64,000 nucleotides of DNA from a virus. This document shows positions 19,258 to 29,298 of the stretch, in pieces (within the stretch, counting starts at the first letter, position 1; each line of letters begins with the position of its first letter). The notes below the pieces were generated by a model. It was not told the DNA's origin. It saw nothing but the letters and a program-made list of their open reading frames with translations, and searched no databases. The DNA is taken from IMG/VR virus record IMGVR_UViG_3300025151_000017, positions 32,001 to 96,000 of that record. One strand, 5' to 3'. A program made the translations under genes and the position numbers.

Positions 19258-19572
19258 ATGAAAGAAGATAAAATTAAATTGTTTATGATGAACTCAGGTG
19301 AGATCGTTGTAGCTGAAGTGATTGATGCAGGTCCAGAGCATTTTGAAACTAATATGCCAAGTATGCTAGTGACCGAAGCACCAAATGAACAAGGTAAATC
19401 CCAAGTTGGCTTGGCACCTTACTGTCCATATGGCGACCCAAATAACTCTATTACTTTTTACAAGAACTCTATTCAATCGGTTGTAAATCCAACCAAACAA
19501 CTTAAAGACGAATATAAAAGGATCTGGGGCAGTCCTAGTATTGTGACTCCCGAAAAAAAACTAATTGTATAA
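19258..19572 (+). CDS. conserved hypothetical protein
   Basis: MNSGEIVVAEV...IVTPEKKLIV; typical between hsp20 and gp43. Confidence 0.65.
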   Translation: MKEDKIKLFMMNSGEIVVAEVIDAGPEHFETNMPSMLVTEAPNEQGKSQVGLAPYCPYGDPNNSITFYKNSIQSVVNPTKQLKDEYKRIWGSPSIVTPEKKLIV

Positions 19573-19573
19573 C

Positions 19574-19602
19574 TTTACTTTTAACTTAAAAAGGAGTAGA
19601 GT
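19574..19602 (+). promoter_or_regulatory. class II promoter of gp43
   Basis: TTTACT-17-TAGAGT. Confidence 0.7.
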
Positions 19603-19608
19603 TATATT

Positions 19609-22092
19609 ATGAAGTTTTATACCAATGTTCATCCGCATGGTAATCAGCTTCTTGTCAGGTATATTTCAGGTGGCAAGAGACGAGCTGAAAAGATACCATT
19701 CAAACCTAGTGTCTGGGTGACACGAGGTAAAGGTGAAACACCATACAAAACTCTAAAAGGGCAACCTGCCTATAAAATCCAACAAGCAAGTATTAAAGAT
19801 GCTAAAGACTTCGTTCGTCAATACGAAGAAGTTATGGAAGTGCATGGTCAAACTCAATGGCATTATCAATATATGCACGATGAGTTTAAGAATGATATTG
19901 AATGGGATAAAGAACTAATTAAGATTTGGTCAATAGATATTGAGACTGAAACTGAAGAAGGGTTTCCGAATATTGAAAGAGCCAATGAAAAACTGCTTCT
20001 TATTACTGTACAAGATAATCACTCAAAAGAGATTGTCACTTTTGGTACTAAAGAATATACAGGCGACGCAAGGCAACATGATAATTGGCGATATGTATAT
20101 TGTCGTGATGAAAAGATTTTATTTCACAAGTTTCTAGATTACTGGATTGAAAATTATCCTGATGTAATTACAGGTTGGAACTCTCAGTTTTTTGACCTCG
20201 CATATTTATGGCGACGCATGTGTCATGTTATTGGTGAAGACCATGCTCGTAGATTGTCTCCCTGGAAGATTGTACATGAAAGAGAGATATATGTAAAAGG
20301 TAATAAAGAGTTCGCCATAGCAATCGCAGGTATTGCTCAGCTTGATTATCTTGACCTCTACAAAAAATATACTTACACAGCACAAGAGTCTTATCGTCTA
20401 GATAATATTGCATTCGTTGAACTTGGTCAAAAGAAACTTGACCATAGTGAGTATGCAACCTTCTCAGAGTTTTATAAAAACGACTGGAATAAATTCGTAG
20501 ATTATAATGTCATTGATACTGTATTGGTTGATAGACTAGAAGATAAAATGAAGCTGATTGAACTTCAGCTTACTATGGCATATAATGCTAAGATTAATTA
20601 TGATGATGTATTCTCTCAGGTTCGTATGTGGGACATGATTGTTCACAACTATCTGATGAAAGTAAATGTGGTAATACCACCCAAGTCTAGTAAAGATAAA
20701 TCAACACAGTTTGAAGGAGCATTTGTAAAAGAGCCACTTATCGGATTACATAAGTGGGTTGCTTCGTTTGACTTGAACTCGCTATATCCACACTTGATTA
20801 TGCAGTACAACATATCTCCCGAAACCTTACAACAGGAATCTGTTGAAAAAGGTGTTGACCATTATCTTAAAAACCCTGCTAAAGATTCTGAGTATGCTGT
20901 TGCTGCAAATGGTTCGCAATACAGAAAAGACTTTAGAGGTGTGTTCCCTAGTATTATGGAGGACTTCTATAACCAGAGGAAAGTTGCCAAGAAAGAAATG
21001 CTTCAGGCACAACAGTTGTATGAAAATGAAAACGATCCTCGCCAACTAAAAGTAATATCAAGCAAGAACAATTATCAGATGGGTATGAAGATTGCTCTTA
21101 ACTCTGCTTATGGTGCACTTGGTAATCAATACTTTAGATACTTTGATTTAAAAATGGCTGAAGCTATTACCACCTCTGGTCAACTATCTATCCGATGGAT
21201 ACATGATAGAATGAATGATTATCTAAACAAAATAATTGGTACAGATAATGAAGACTATATTATTGCTGTTGATACAGATTCTATTTATGTCACATTTGAG
21301 AAACTTGTTGATAAGGTTATGGGAGAAAAACAATCTGACATAAATAAAACTATTAAGTTCCTAGACACCATTTGTAATGAAAAGTTTATGCCATATATAA
21401 ATCAACAGTATGAAGAACTTGCTAAAAGGCAGAATGCTTTTGCTAACAAGATGGTAATGGAAAGAGAAGTTCTAGCTGATAAAGGTTTATGGACAGCTAA
21501 GAAAAGATATGTTCTTTCAGTATATAATTCAGAAGGTGTATCTTATAAAAAACCTAAGATGAAGATTATGGGTTTAGAGATGATTAAATCATCTACTCCC
21601 CATTCTGTTCGTGAGTTGTTGAAAGAAGCTATACCAACGATTCTTCATGGTGGTCAAAATGATTTGTATAAATTTATTGAGGATGCTAGAACACAATTTA
21701 ACTCTCTTCCTGTTGAAGAGATTGCTTTTCCTAGATCGGTAAATGGTTTGAAAAACTATCGTGACAGCATGAGCATATATCGCAAAGCAACTCCTATTCA
21801 TGTAAGAGGTGCCTTGCTCTACAATCATTACTTGAAGGAAAAGAACATTACTCTCAGATATAATGATATTAAAGAGGGTGAAAAAATCAAGTTTGTATAT
21901 CTTAAAAAACCTAATGTCATCAGGGAGAATGTTATATCCTTCCTAGATGTCGTGCCTAAAGAGTTCGGTATTCATGAATATGTGGACTATGACCTGATGT
22001 TTGAGAAGGTGTTTTTAGATCCCATTGAGATTATGGTACAGAGTCTAGGCTGGAAAGTAAGTCAAACAGCGAGTCTTGAGGACTTCTTCTAG
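19609..22092 (+). CDS. gp43: family B DNA polymerase gp43
   Basis: DIET exonuclease, DLNSLYPH, KIALNSAYG, DTDS; C-terminal SLEDFF. Confidence 0.97.
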   Translation: MKFYTNVHPHGNQLLVRYISGGKRRAEKIPFKPSVWVTRGKGETPYKTLKGQPAYKIQQASIKDAKDFVRQYEEVMEVHGQTQWHYQYMHDEFKNDIEWDKELIKIWSIDIETETEEGFPNIERANEKLLLITVQDNHSKEIVTFGTKEYTGDARQHDNWRYVYCRDEKILFHKFLDYWIENYPDVITGWNSQFFDLAYLWRRMCHVIGEDHARRLSPWKIVHEREIYVKGNKEFAIAIAGIAQLDYLDLYKKYTYTAQESYRLDNIAFVELGQKKLDHSEYATFSEFYKNDWNKFVDYNVIDTVLVDRLEDKMKLIELQLTMAYNAKINYDDVFSQVRMWDMIVHNYLMKVNVVIPPKSSKDKSTQFEGAFVKEPLIGLHKWVASFDLNSLYPHLIMQYNISPETLQQESVEKGVDHYLKNPAKDSEYAVAANGSQYRKDFRGVFPSIMEDFYNQRKVAKKEMLQAQQLYENENDPRQLKVISSKNNYQMGMKIALNSAYGALGNQYFRYFDLKMAEAITTSGQLSIRWIHDRMNDYLNKIIGTDNEDYIIAVDTDSIYVTFEKLVDKVMGEKQSDINKTIKFLDTICNEKFMPYINQQYEELAKRQNAFANKMVMEREVLADKGLWTAKKRYVLSVYNSEGVSYKKPKMKIMGLEMIKSSTPHSVRELLKEAIPTILHGGQNDLYKFIEDARTQFNSLPVEEIAFPRSVNGLKNYRDSMSIYRKATPIHVRGALLYNHYLKEKNITLRYNDIKEGEKIKFVYLKKPNVIRENVISFLDVVPKEFGIHEYVDYDLMFEKVFLDPIEIMVQSLGWKVSQTASLEDFF

Positions 22093-22095
22093 ACC

Positions 22096-22124
22096 TTTAC
22101 TTTTAAGTTTTTTTAGGGTAGAAT
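22096..22124 (+). promoter_or_regulatory. class II promoter
   Basis: TTTACT-17-TAGAAT. Confidence 0.75.
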
Positions 22125-22131
22125 GATAATA

Positions 22132-22425
22132 ATGAAAAAATTAATTGCTATATCGATGATGCTCGGAGTGACTATGTGTGCTCCACCAGCTTATTCTGCA
22201 CCGATGACTAAGGTATATGGTCCAAACTGTACGACTGAGACTACTTCTATTGTACAGAATGGTATTATTGTATCGGAGATCGTCACAACTAAATGTAAAG
22301 AAGAAACTCAACAGGGTCGTCAAAAGTTTGACCCAGAGAATAATCCTTCTGACGCATTACTAAATGAAGCAGCAAAGCTGGGTATGTACACCATCTTTAT
22401 TAAATTAATTACTGAAATGAACTAG
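22132..22425 (+). CDS. exported hypothetical protein
   Basis: MKKLIAISMMLG signal-peptide-like start. Confidence 0.6.
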   Translation: MKKLIAISMMLGVTMCAPPAYSAPMTKVYGPNCTTETTSIVQNGIIVSEIVTTKCKEETQQGRQKFDPENNPSDALLNEAAKLGMYTIFIKLITEMN

Positions 22426-22435
22426 AGGATATATT

Positions 22436-22555
22436 ATGAAAATAATTATTGGGATTGCTATTGGGATTGGTATTACTTACTTCTATCCTGAAATGGCAAA
22501 TAATATAATTGAAATCGTGAAGGAGGTTAGTGATGTCATCATTTCAAAAGTATAA
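22436..22555 (+). CDS. 39-aa membrane peptide
   Basis: GAGG RBS; MKIIIGIAIGIGITYFYPE. Confidence 0.5.
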   Translation: MKIIIGIAIGIGITYFYPEMANNIIEIVKEVSDVIISKV

Positions 22556-23087
22556 AATCATACCAGTTCTTGGTATGTTAGTATTTCTTGCAGCATGCTC
22601 GACTACTAAAATTGCAACTGAAGCGAATCGTGATGGGGTACTTAATAAAGTTCCTACATGGTATCTTGAAGCTGAAGTTGAAAAAGGACTAATTAGAAAC
22701 AGGGATGCCGAAGACTTTATTTATGGTGTCGGTTCTTCAGTTTCTTATGACTTACAGTTCGCTCTTGATAAAGCTACTACTATTGCGAAGTCTGATTTGG
22801 CTGACCAAGTAAATGGTAGAATCACTCAAAATGAAAGTATATATAAAGAGGAAGGATCTGGAGAAGGTGAAGACTTAATGGTTGAAAGATCTACAAGTCA
22901 AACAAATAATATCATTACTCCTACTTCACTTCCTGGATATGAAGAGTGGAACAAAGATGTATTCATTACTGCCGATGGTTTGTATCGAGTATATGTTGGT
23001 CTAAAGTGGTCTGAGAAAAACAATCGTTTAGCACCGAAAGTTGAATTGAAAACTATCAACCCAACTGAAGCTGTTCCATCTATTTAA
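22530..23087 (+). CDS. lipoprotein (LPP20-like)
   Basis: LAAC lipobox; VPTWY, YGVGSS, A..IAKSDLA pattern. Confidence 0.7.
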   Translation: MMSSFQKYKIIPVLGMLVFLAACSTTKIATEANRDGVLNKVPTWYLEAEVEKGLIRNRDAEDFIYGVGSSVSYDLQFALDKATTIAKSDLADQVNGRITQNESIYKEEGSGEGEDLMVERSTSQTNNIITPTSLPGYEEWNKDVFITADGLYRVYVGLKWSEKNNRLAPKVELKTINPTEAVPSI

Positions 23088-23105
23088 ACTAAAGGAGATT
23101 AATTT

Positions 23106-24146
23106 ATGGTCGGATATTTAAATGACCTTATAGATAATCTCGGCAACGAGTACGCAGGTGTTGCGGAAAATGCACTAGACTCTGATGTTAATTTTGTAGA
23201 CACAGGGTCTTATGCATTTAATGCGTTGTTGAGTGGATCTATTTATGGAGGACTGCCAGGGAACAAGGTCACTGCCCTTGCTGGAGAAAGTTCTACAGGT
23301 AAAACTTTTTTCGCTCTAGGAGTTGCTAAAAACTTCCTGGATATGGATAAAGAAGCAGGTGTAATATATTTTGAAACAGAGGGTGCACTTACTAAGCAGA
23401 TCCTTGAAGACAGAGATATTGACACAAACAGATTTGTTATTGTACCAGTGACAACTATTCAAGAGTTTCGTACTCAAGCTGTGCGTATTCTTGAAAATCA
23501 TAAATCAGTCCCTGAACCAGCTAGGAAACCAATCCTATTTTGTTTAGACTCTTTGGGTATGCTATCAACTGAAAAAGAAGTAGCAGATGTAGCAGAGGGT
23601 AAGGATACTCGTGATATGACGAGAGCACAATTAGTAAGAGGTGCTTTCAGAGTATTGAGTCTAAAACTCGCACAGCTTGATGTACCAATGATTGTGACCA
23701 ATCATACTTACGATGTAATCGGATCTTATGTGCCTATGAAAGACATGGGTGGTGGAGGTGGCTTAAAGTATGCTGCATCTACAATCGTGTTCTTGGGTAA
23801 AAGTAAAGATCGTGATGGTACAGAAGTTGTAGGTAATATCATAAAAGCTACTACACAAAAATCTAGGTTTACTAAAGAGCAAATGAAAGTTGAATGTAAA
23901 CTTAATTTTGAAACAGGTTTATCTAGATACCATGGACTAATTGACCTCGCAGTCGAAGCAGGTATCTGGGAAAGTGCTGGTGGTCGTATTACTGTAGATG
24001 GTAAAAAAGTATTTGGTAAAGCTATTATGAAAGAGCCAGAAAAGTTTTTTACTGAAGATGTATTGAAACAGATTGACGAACACTGTAAATCTAAATTTAT
24101 GTATGGATCTGATGAGCAAGAAACCGATAACGATACAGGGGAATAA
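23106..24146 (+). CDS. uvsX: RecA-like recombinase UvsX
   Basis: AGESSTGKT, DSLGML, MGGGGGLKYAAS. Confidence 0.95.
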   Translation: MVGYLNDLIDNLGNEYAGVAENALDSDVNFVDTGSYAFNALLSGSIYGGLPGNKVTALAGESSTGKTFFALGVAKNFLDMDKEAGVIYFETEGALTKQILEDRDIDTNRFVIVPVTTIQEFRTQAVRILENHKSVPEPARKPILFCLDSLGMLSTEKEVADVAEGKDTRDMTRAQLVRGAFRVLSLKLAQLDVPMIVTNHTYDVIGSYVPMKDMGGGGGLKYAASTIVFLGKSKDRDGTEVVGNIIKATTQKSRFTKEQMKVECKLNFETGLSRYHGLIDLAVEAGIWESAGGRITVDGKKVFGKAIMKEPEKFFTEDVLKQIDEHCKSKFMYGSDEQETDNDTGE

Positions 24147-24609
24147 TCCCGAACAGTACGAACCAATCCACACAGCTGAAGATTATGTGTCTGAGGAGGA
24201 TTACCTTACAGCGAAAGAAGAGTGGGAAAAAGAAAATTACCACACTGATAAATTAAGGGATACCTCTCAGGCACAGCTACCACACGAAATCCTAGAAGAA
24301 ACCAACGAACAAGGATTTATGAAACTTAGGATACTACAAGGTGTCCTAGAGGGTAAGGTTGTGTCTTTTGGTAAAGTATCATTTCAACCTACAGAAGATG
24401 AAACTATCAAACTTGATTACAGTTATGAGATAGAAGGTCCAGATAAATTTAGACCTGTACCAAAGGTTGAAGTGGAGAAAATACTTGGCGACTTTTTAAT
24501 GGCTATGATTAAGGAGCAAATGGAACAAAAGAATATTCTCTTCAAAGGTGGAGAGGATGAAATGAAAAAGGCAGTAGAGCCAGAAACCTTTGAATATAAG
24601 GAAACTTGA
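24112..24609 (+). CDS. hypothetical protein at the gp40 position
   Basis: Lies between uvsX and gp41. Confidence 0.5.
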   Translation: MSKKPITIQGNNPEQYEPIHTAEDYVSEEDYLTAKEEWEKENYHTDKLRDTSQAQLPHEILEETNEQGFMKLRILQGVLEGKVVSFGKVSFQPTEDETIKLDYSYEIEGPDKFRPVPKVEVEKILGDFLMAMIKEQMEQKNILFKGGEDEMKKAVEPETFEYKET

Positions 24610-24634
24610 TTTTTAACTTTATTTTAAGTAGAAT
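24606..24634 (+). promoter_or_regulatory. class II promoter variant for gp41 and the downstream modification genes
   Basis: TTGATT-TTTAAC..17-TAGAAT. Confidence 0.6.
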
Positions 24635-24640
24635 GTAATT

Positions 24641-26029
24641 ATGCGTATTGAAGAAACTATACTTTCCAATCTATTTCAAAATGATGAGTTTACTCGTAAA
24701 GCAATCCCCTTTATTAAAGGTGAGTATTTTTCTGAGCGAGGTGAACGAATTATATTTGAAGAGTTTGAAAAACTTTTCATGCAATATAATAATGTTCCTA
24801 GTCCTGAGATGATTGCTAATGAAGTCTTTGCTCGTAAAGATTTATTTGAAGACGAACATAAAAACATGCAAGAGATGCTTGAGGATATAAAAGATATCCA
24901 GGCAGTAAATGAAAACTGGTTGTATGATAAAGCTGAAGAGTGGTGTAAAGAACGAGCAGTACATAATACTATTATGGACTCTATCAAGATTATTGATGGT
25001 AGAGATAAAAATCGTGACAAGGGTGCGATTCCTAAAATGATGCAGGATGCTCTTGGTGTATGTTTTGATAATAGTGTTGGTCATGATTATCTTGAAGATT
25101 CTGATGACAGGTATGAATACTATCACAAGGTTGAAGAAAAGATTAAGTTTGATATTGATTTATTGAATACCATTACTCGTGGTGGCTTGAGTAAAAAAAC
25201 TCTTAACATAGCTATGGCTGGTACAGGTGTTGGTAAATCTTTGTTTATGTGTCATCATGCTTCATCAGTTTTGGCTGAAGGTATGAATGTTCTTTATATT
25301 ACTATGGAGATGGCTGAAGAAAAAATCTCTGAAAGGATTGATGCTAACTTATTGAACTTGGGTATGGACGAAATTAAAGTTGTCGACCATGATATCTTTA
25401 GTAAAAGAATTAACAAAATTAAAGACCATAATAATGGTAAGCTAATTGTAAAAGAGTATCCGACAGGTGGTGCCCATGCTGGGCACTTCCGTGCTTTACT
25501 TGAAGAACTAAAAGTAAAAAAAGGATTTACACCTGATATTATTTTTATTGATTATCTAAACATCTGTGCTTCTCAAAGATTGAGGATGGGTGCAAATGTG
25601 AATACATATTCATATATTAAATCTATTGCTGAAGAACTAAGAGGATTGGCAGTTGAATATAACTGTCCTATCGTATCAGCAACTCAAACTACCAGAGGTG
25701 GATATAATAATACTGATGTCGGACTTGAAGATACTTCTGAAAGTTTTGGTTTACCAGCAACTGCTGATTTAATGTTTGCGATTATTGCTAGTGAAGAACT
25801 AGATAACATGGGACAGTGGATGATTAAGCAGTTGAAAAACAGATACTCCGATCCAAACTATTACAAAAGGTTTGTAGTTGGTGTTGATAAAAACAAGATG
25901 AGACTGTATAATGTAGAAGCATCTGCTCAGACTAATATCATGGACTCTGGTCAGGATAATGATATCGGAGCAGTGTTTGATAAAAGTGAAGCAGGTGAAC
26001 GATTAAATATGGAAGGGTTTAAGGTATGA
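24641..26029 (+). CDS. gp41: replicative helicase gp41
   Basis: GTGVGKS, IDYLNI, SESFGLPATAD, QLKNRY. Confidence 0.95.
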   Translation: MRIEETILSNLFQNDEFTRKAIPFIKGEYFSERGERIIFEEFEKLFMQYNNVPSPEMIANEVFARKDLFEDEHKNMQEMLEDIKDIQAVNENWLYDKAEEWCKERAVHNTIMDSIKIIDGRDKNRDKGAIPKMMQDALGVCFDNSVGHDYLEDSDDRYEYYHKVEEKIKFDIDLLNTITRGGLSKKTLNIAMAGTGVGKSLFMCHHASSVLAEGMNVLYITMEMAEEKISERIDANLLNLGMDEIKVVDHDIFSKRINKIKDHNNGKLIVKEYPTGGAHAGHFRALLEELKVKKGFTPDIIFIDYLNICASQRLRMGANVNTYSYIKSIAEELRGLAVEYNCPIVSATQTTRGGYNNTDVGLEDTSESFGLPATADLMFAIIASEELDNMGQWMIKQLKNRYSDPNYYKRFVVGVDKNKMRLYNVEASAQTNIMDSGQDNDIGAVFDKSEAGERLNMEGFKV

Positions 26030-27327
26030 CAAAAATAATAACTGCACCTAAAAAATTCGACTGTGAAGATAAACTTGGTTTTTTTGGTGATGAAAAAGAT
26101 TACGAATTACTAGTTGATTGGGATTGTGATTTTTATGCTCCTACACCTATGGGTGAAGAAAACAGTGAAGCTAACATTATCTTCAAGTTTCGTAAAAATT
26201 GGTTTACTCAAGAACAACAAGACGAAGCATATGCAGGTTTGCGTGAAGCAGCAGGTGCCACAGAGAATCGTGGTCTGGCAGCAGGTACTGAAAAAACAGT
26301 TGCTCTAGGAAGTAGAGATTGGGTCACTAATTATCATAATGCTTTACTACAATACTTTATGTCTCCATCAGCTACACTTGATGGCTCGGATCCTGTAGAA
26401 GCTATACGACAAGAATATAAAGGCAGGGAAAAGATTGCTGATGACAGTCGTGGTAAAGTATGGTTGGCACAAAAAGTTGCTGAAGAAGATTTCGTATTTG
26501 AAAACTGGGTTGAAGAAGTAAGAGTATTGCCACGAGATGAAATGATTGCTGAAGCAACAAGAGTAAATGATAAACTAACATCTACAACTTCTTATGCTAA
26601 CTCAGTGTTCTCTGGTATCGCAGGATACTTTGATAGATATCCTCGTATTCCTTTTGGTCGTCCTACCACTTATACTAGGGATAATTATGATAAGTTTGAG
26701 AGAGCATTCCCTTTCCTACAAAGATTATCAAATGGTTTTGAAGAACTGTTGCCTGTAAGACATGGTAAACAGATGGATGCTTGTAATAAACTAGATCCTA
26801 AATTTGTTATTCCTGGCACTGTTTTTACTACTGCTACTGTGAATAAAACTTTTAGAACAGCTTATCACAGAGATGCTGGTGATTTAAATGAAGGATTCTC
26901 TAATCTTACAGTCGTATCTAATAATGGTAAATACTCAGGTGGGTATCTAATACTTCCTGAATATAAAGTGGCTGTGAATATCCGTCCTGGAGATTTGCTA
27001 TTGATTAACAATCACGATGGTATTCATGGTAATACACCAATGGTACTAGAAGATGAAGAAGCTGAAAGAATATCTTTTGTATGTTATTTCAGAGAAAAAA
27101 TGTTAGAACTTGGCTCTTGGGATTACGAACAAACTAGAGAAGAATATGTCACTGCTCGTAGAACTAATAAAGAACACCCTTTACAAAGACCACTATGGAA
27201 TGGTATTAGTCCTGGCATGTGGGATGAAAAAGAGTGGTATGATTTTCTTGAAAACAAATTAGGAACTGATGTATTGGTACAGTATCATCCTGACAGTCAA
27301 GCCAGTTCCCTGGAGAGTTTCTTTTAA
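26026..27327 (+). CDS. TET/JBP-like 2OG-Fe(II) dioxygenase
   Basis: TVFTT..NKTFRTAYHRDAGD (HxD), GG.LILPEY, HGNTP, RISFVCYFRE; C-terminal SLESFF. Confidence 0.8.
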   Translation: MTKIITAPKKFDCEDKLGFFGDEKDYELLVDWDCDFYAPTPMGEENSEANIIFKFRKNWFTQEQQDEAYAGLREAAGATENRGLAAGTEKTVALGSRDWVTNYHNALLQYFMSPSATLDGSDPVEAIRQEYKGREKIADDSRGKVWLAQKVAEEDFVFENWVEEVRVLPRDEMIAEATRVNDKLTSTTSYANSVFSGIAGYFDRYPRIPFGRPTTYTRDNYDKFERAFPFLQRLSNGFEELLPVRHGKQMDACNKLDPKFVIPGTVFTTATVNKTFRTAYHRDAGDLNEGFSNLTVVSNNGKYSGGYLILPEYKVAVNIRPGDLLLINNHDGIHGNTPMVLEDEEAERISFVCYFREKMLELGSWDYEQTREEYVTARRTNKEHPLQRPLWNGISPGMWDEKEWYDFLENKLGTDVLVQYHPDSQASSLESFF

Positions 27328-28058
27328 TGGATTATAGATTATTTAAAAATACTTATGTTCGTGAGATAGATGGTAAAGCATTACAAGTCGATAAAGATAT
27401 GGTAAATGACTGTCTAGCTCATTACTCACAGTTTGACGATCTTGAGGATGCCATAGTTATGGACTGGGGTGCCAACATTGGTGGCTTCGGAAGAATGTTA
27501 ATGGACAAACCAATAAAAAGATATATTGGTGTAGAGTGTCATCCTGAAAACTTTGAGGTGATGGAAAAGAATCTAGGGGACGACCTGAGATTTGCTTTAA
27601 TAGAAGCAGCAGTGACTAATCAAGATGCTGGTAATATAGATTTATATATGACAGGCAGTAAACAAGAGTTCTGTTCAGGCACAACTAATCCTAAAAGTAA
27701 TGCTGCGAAAAATATGAGAAAAAAGAAAGTTTCTGTGGCAACTGTAAATGGGTATAGATTACTTGAAAAATATAAACCTACACATTTAAAATGCGATATC
27801 GAAGGAGAAGAATATCGTATGTTCGACCCAGACTGGCTCATACCTGATTCTGTAAAACAATTATCATTAGAGTTTCATTGGGCAGATAGAATACTGTCAG
27901 ACTATGAAAGTACAGTTAGAGAGTCTCTCATCAGGCAAGGATTTACACCTGTACAAGAAAAACTTAATTATGTCAAAGGGGATAAAAGAGTTATGTTCTT
28001 AGGTGAAGATATTTCTTACCGAAATGTATGGGGATTGGATACACTGTACAAACGATGA
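27327..28058 (+). CDS. FkbM-family SAM methyltransferase
   Basis: VMDWGANIGGF, VECHPEN, LKCDIEGEE, LEFH. Confidence 0.85.
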   Translation: MDYRLFKNTYVREIDGKALQVDKDMVNDCLAHYSQFDDLEDAIVMDWGANIGGFGRMLMDKPIKRYIGVECHPENFEVMEKNLGDDLRFALIEAAVTNQDAGNIDLYMTGSKQEFCSGTTNPKSNAAKNMRKKKVSVATVNGYRLLEKYKPTHLKCDIEGEEYRMFDPDWLIPDSVKQLSLEFHWADRILSDYESTVRESLIRQGFTPVQEKLNYVKGDKRVMFLGEDISYRNVWGLDTLYKR

Positions 28059-29200
28059 AATATCTACACCCAGATAATATAGATAAACCTTACAAAGATT
28101 GGAGACTCCCTGAGAACAGGGTACAGATGTGTCTTCGGTCATATGCTTGGCGAATGAAACATCGTGATGTTGACCATTACACTTATAATGAAGCATACAT
28201 GACACGAGGTGCTATGACTGATGAGCAGAGGATTTATTTTTCCATGCTGTTTGGTATCACATACCAATCATCAATGGCTTGGGTTATCTGGTCACACTTT
28301 CCTGATATAGAAAAAATAAACTGGGAATATCTAGAAGAATGGAATAATGAAAATTATGCCAGACAACATTTTGCTAAAGACACAAAATATAACAAGGGAA
28401 AGTTTATCCCTATCCTAAAAGATATTCACGAAAAAGTCTTACAACAATATGGCTCTCTTAGAGCATGGTTAGATACCTTTCAAGATTTCGACCATGCCTT
28501 AGAAGAGGTTATGTCAATTTATAGAATAGGTCGTATGTCTGGTTGGTTGACAACTCAAGCATTTTATGAGTTATGTGATGGGATGCGTCATATAAAACCA
28601 GAGAGTATGTTAGCGACAGATCCTTCTAATTGGTCAGTAAGATCTGGACTGGTTTACATTTATAATAAACCAGAACTGATGGACTTAGATAGCAAAACCA
28701 AGTACAGCAGTGATGATATAAAATGGATTGAAAGAAAAGAACAAGAATTTATAGAGAGTTGTAATGAGCATGTGAGTGATTATTTTAATAGTCCATTTAC
28801 AATGGAAACCCACCTATGTCAATATAAGAAAATGATTAAGACTGGTGGCGATGCTCCTGGGACTCCAACTCAAGATGCTTACACTCGTTGGTACAAATTA
28901 AAACAGGCATGGTCAGAGTTAGATTGGGATTTTTTTGAAGATGTATCAAAGCATGCTGCACCTTGTGTACAGAAAACATTTCAGAATAAGATCCTAATGA
29001 AAACAGGTGCCATGACAGGTCAAATGATTAACATGCATGACGATAATGATGACTTGCCTAATATGTACAAAGAGTTTGGTATAGAACAATCATGGCTTAC
29101 TGACTTTGATGATTATACCAGACTAGAAATAAAGAATAATTTTAATAATTACTTGACAAAGATGTCAGGAGAAAAAGTCGGTCTAGAGGTTTACTTTTAA
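28055..29200 (+). CDS. aGPT-Pplase / amino acid:DNA transferase-like (HhH-fold) protein
   Basis: DTKYNKG, YRIGRMSGWL, SVRSGL, TMETHLCQYKK; context with dioxygenase and kinase. Confidence 0.7.
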   Translation: MKYLHPDNIDKPYKDWRLPENRVQMCLRSYAWRMKHRDVDHYTYNEAYMTRGAMTDEQRIYFSMLFGITYQSSMAWVIWSHFPDIEKINWEYLEEWNNENYARQHFAKDTKYNKGKFIPILKDIHEKVLQQYGSLRAWLDTFQDFDHALEEVMSIYRIGRMSGWLTTQAFYELCDGMRHIKPESMLATDPSNWSVRSGLVYIYNKPELMDLDSKTKYSSDDIKWIERKEQEFIESCNEHVSDYFNSPFTMETHLCQYKKMIKTGGDAPGTPTQDAYTRWYKLKQAWSELDWDFFEDVSKHAAPCVQKTFQNKILMKTGAMTGQMINMHDDNDDLPNMYKEFGIEQSWLTDFDDYTRLEIKNNFNNYLTKMSGEKVGLEVYF

Positions 29201-29218
29201 GAAATTCTAATATAGAAT
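29190..29218 (+). promoter_or_regulatory. class II promoter of the MIPS-HAD-kinase unit
   Basis: TTTACT-TTTAAGAAATTCTAATA(17)-TAGAAT. Confidence 0.75.
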
Positions 29219-29298
29219 TCTTATATATATGTTGATAGTGTGCTACTCTGATCCAGTCAAATATCACACTCTAATAAACTGATATAAAGGAGAAATAT

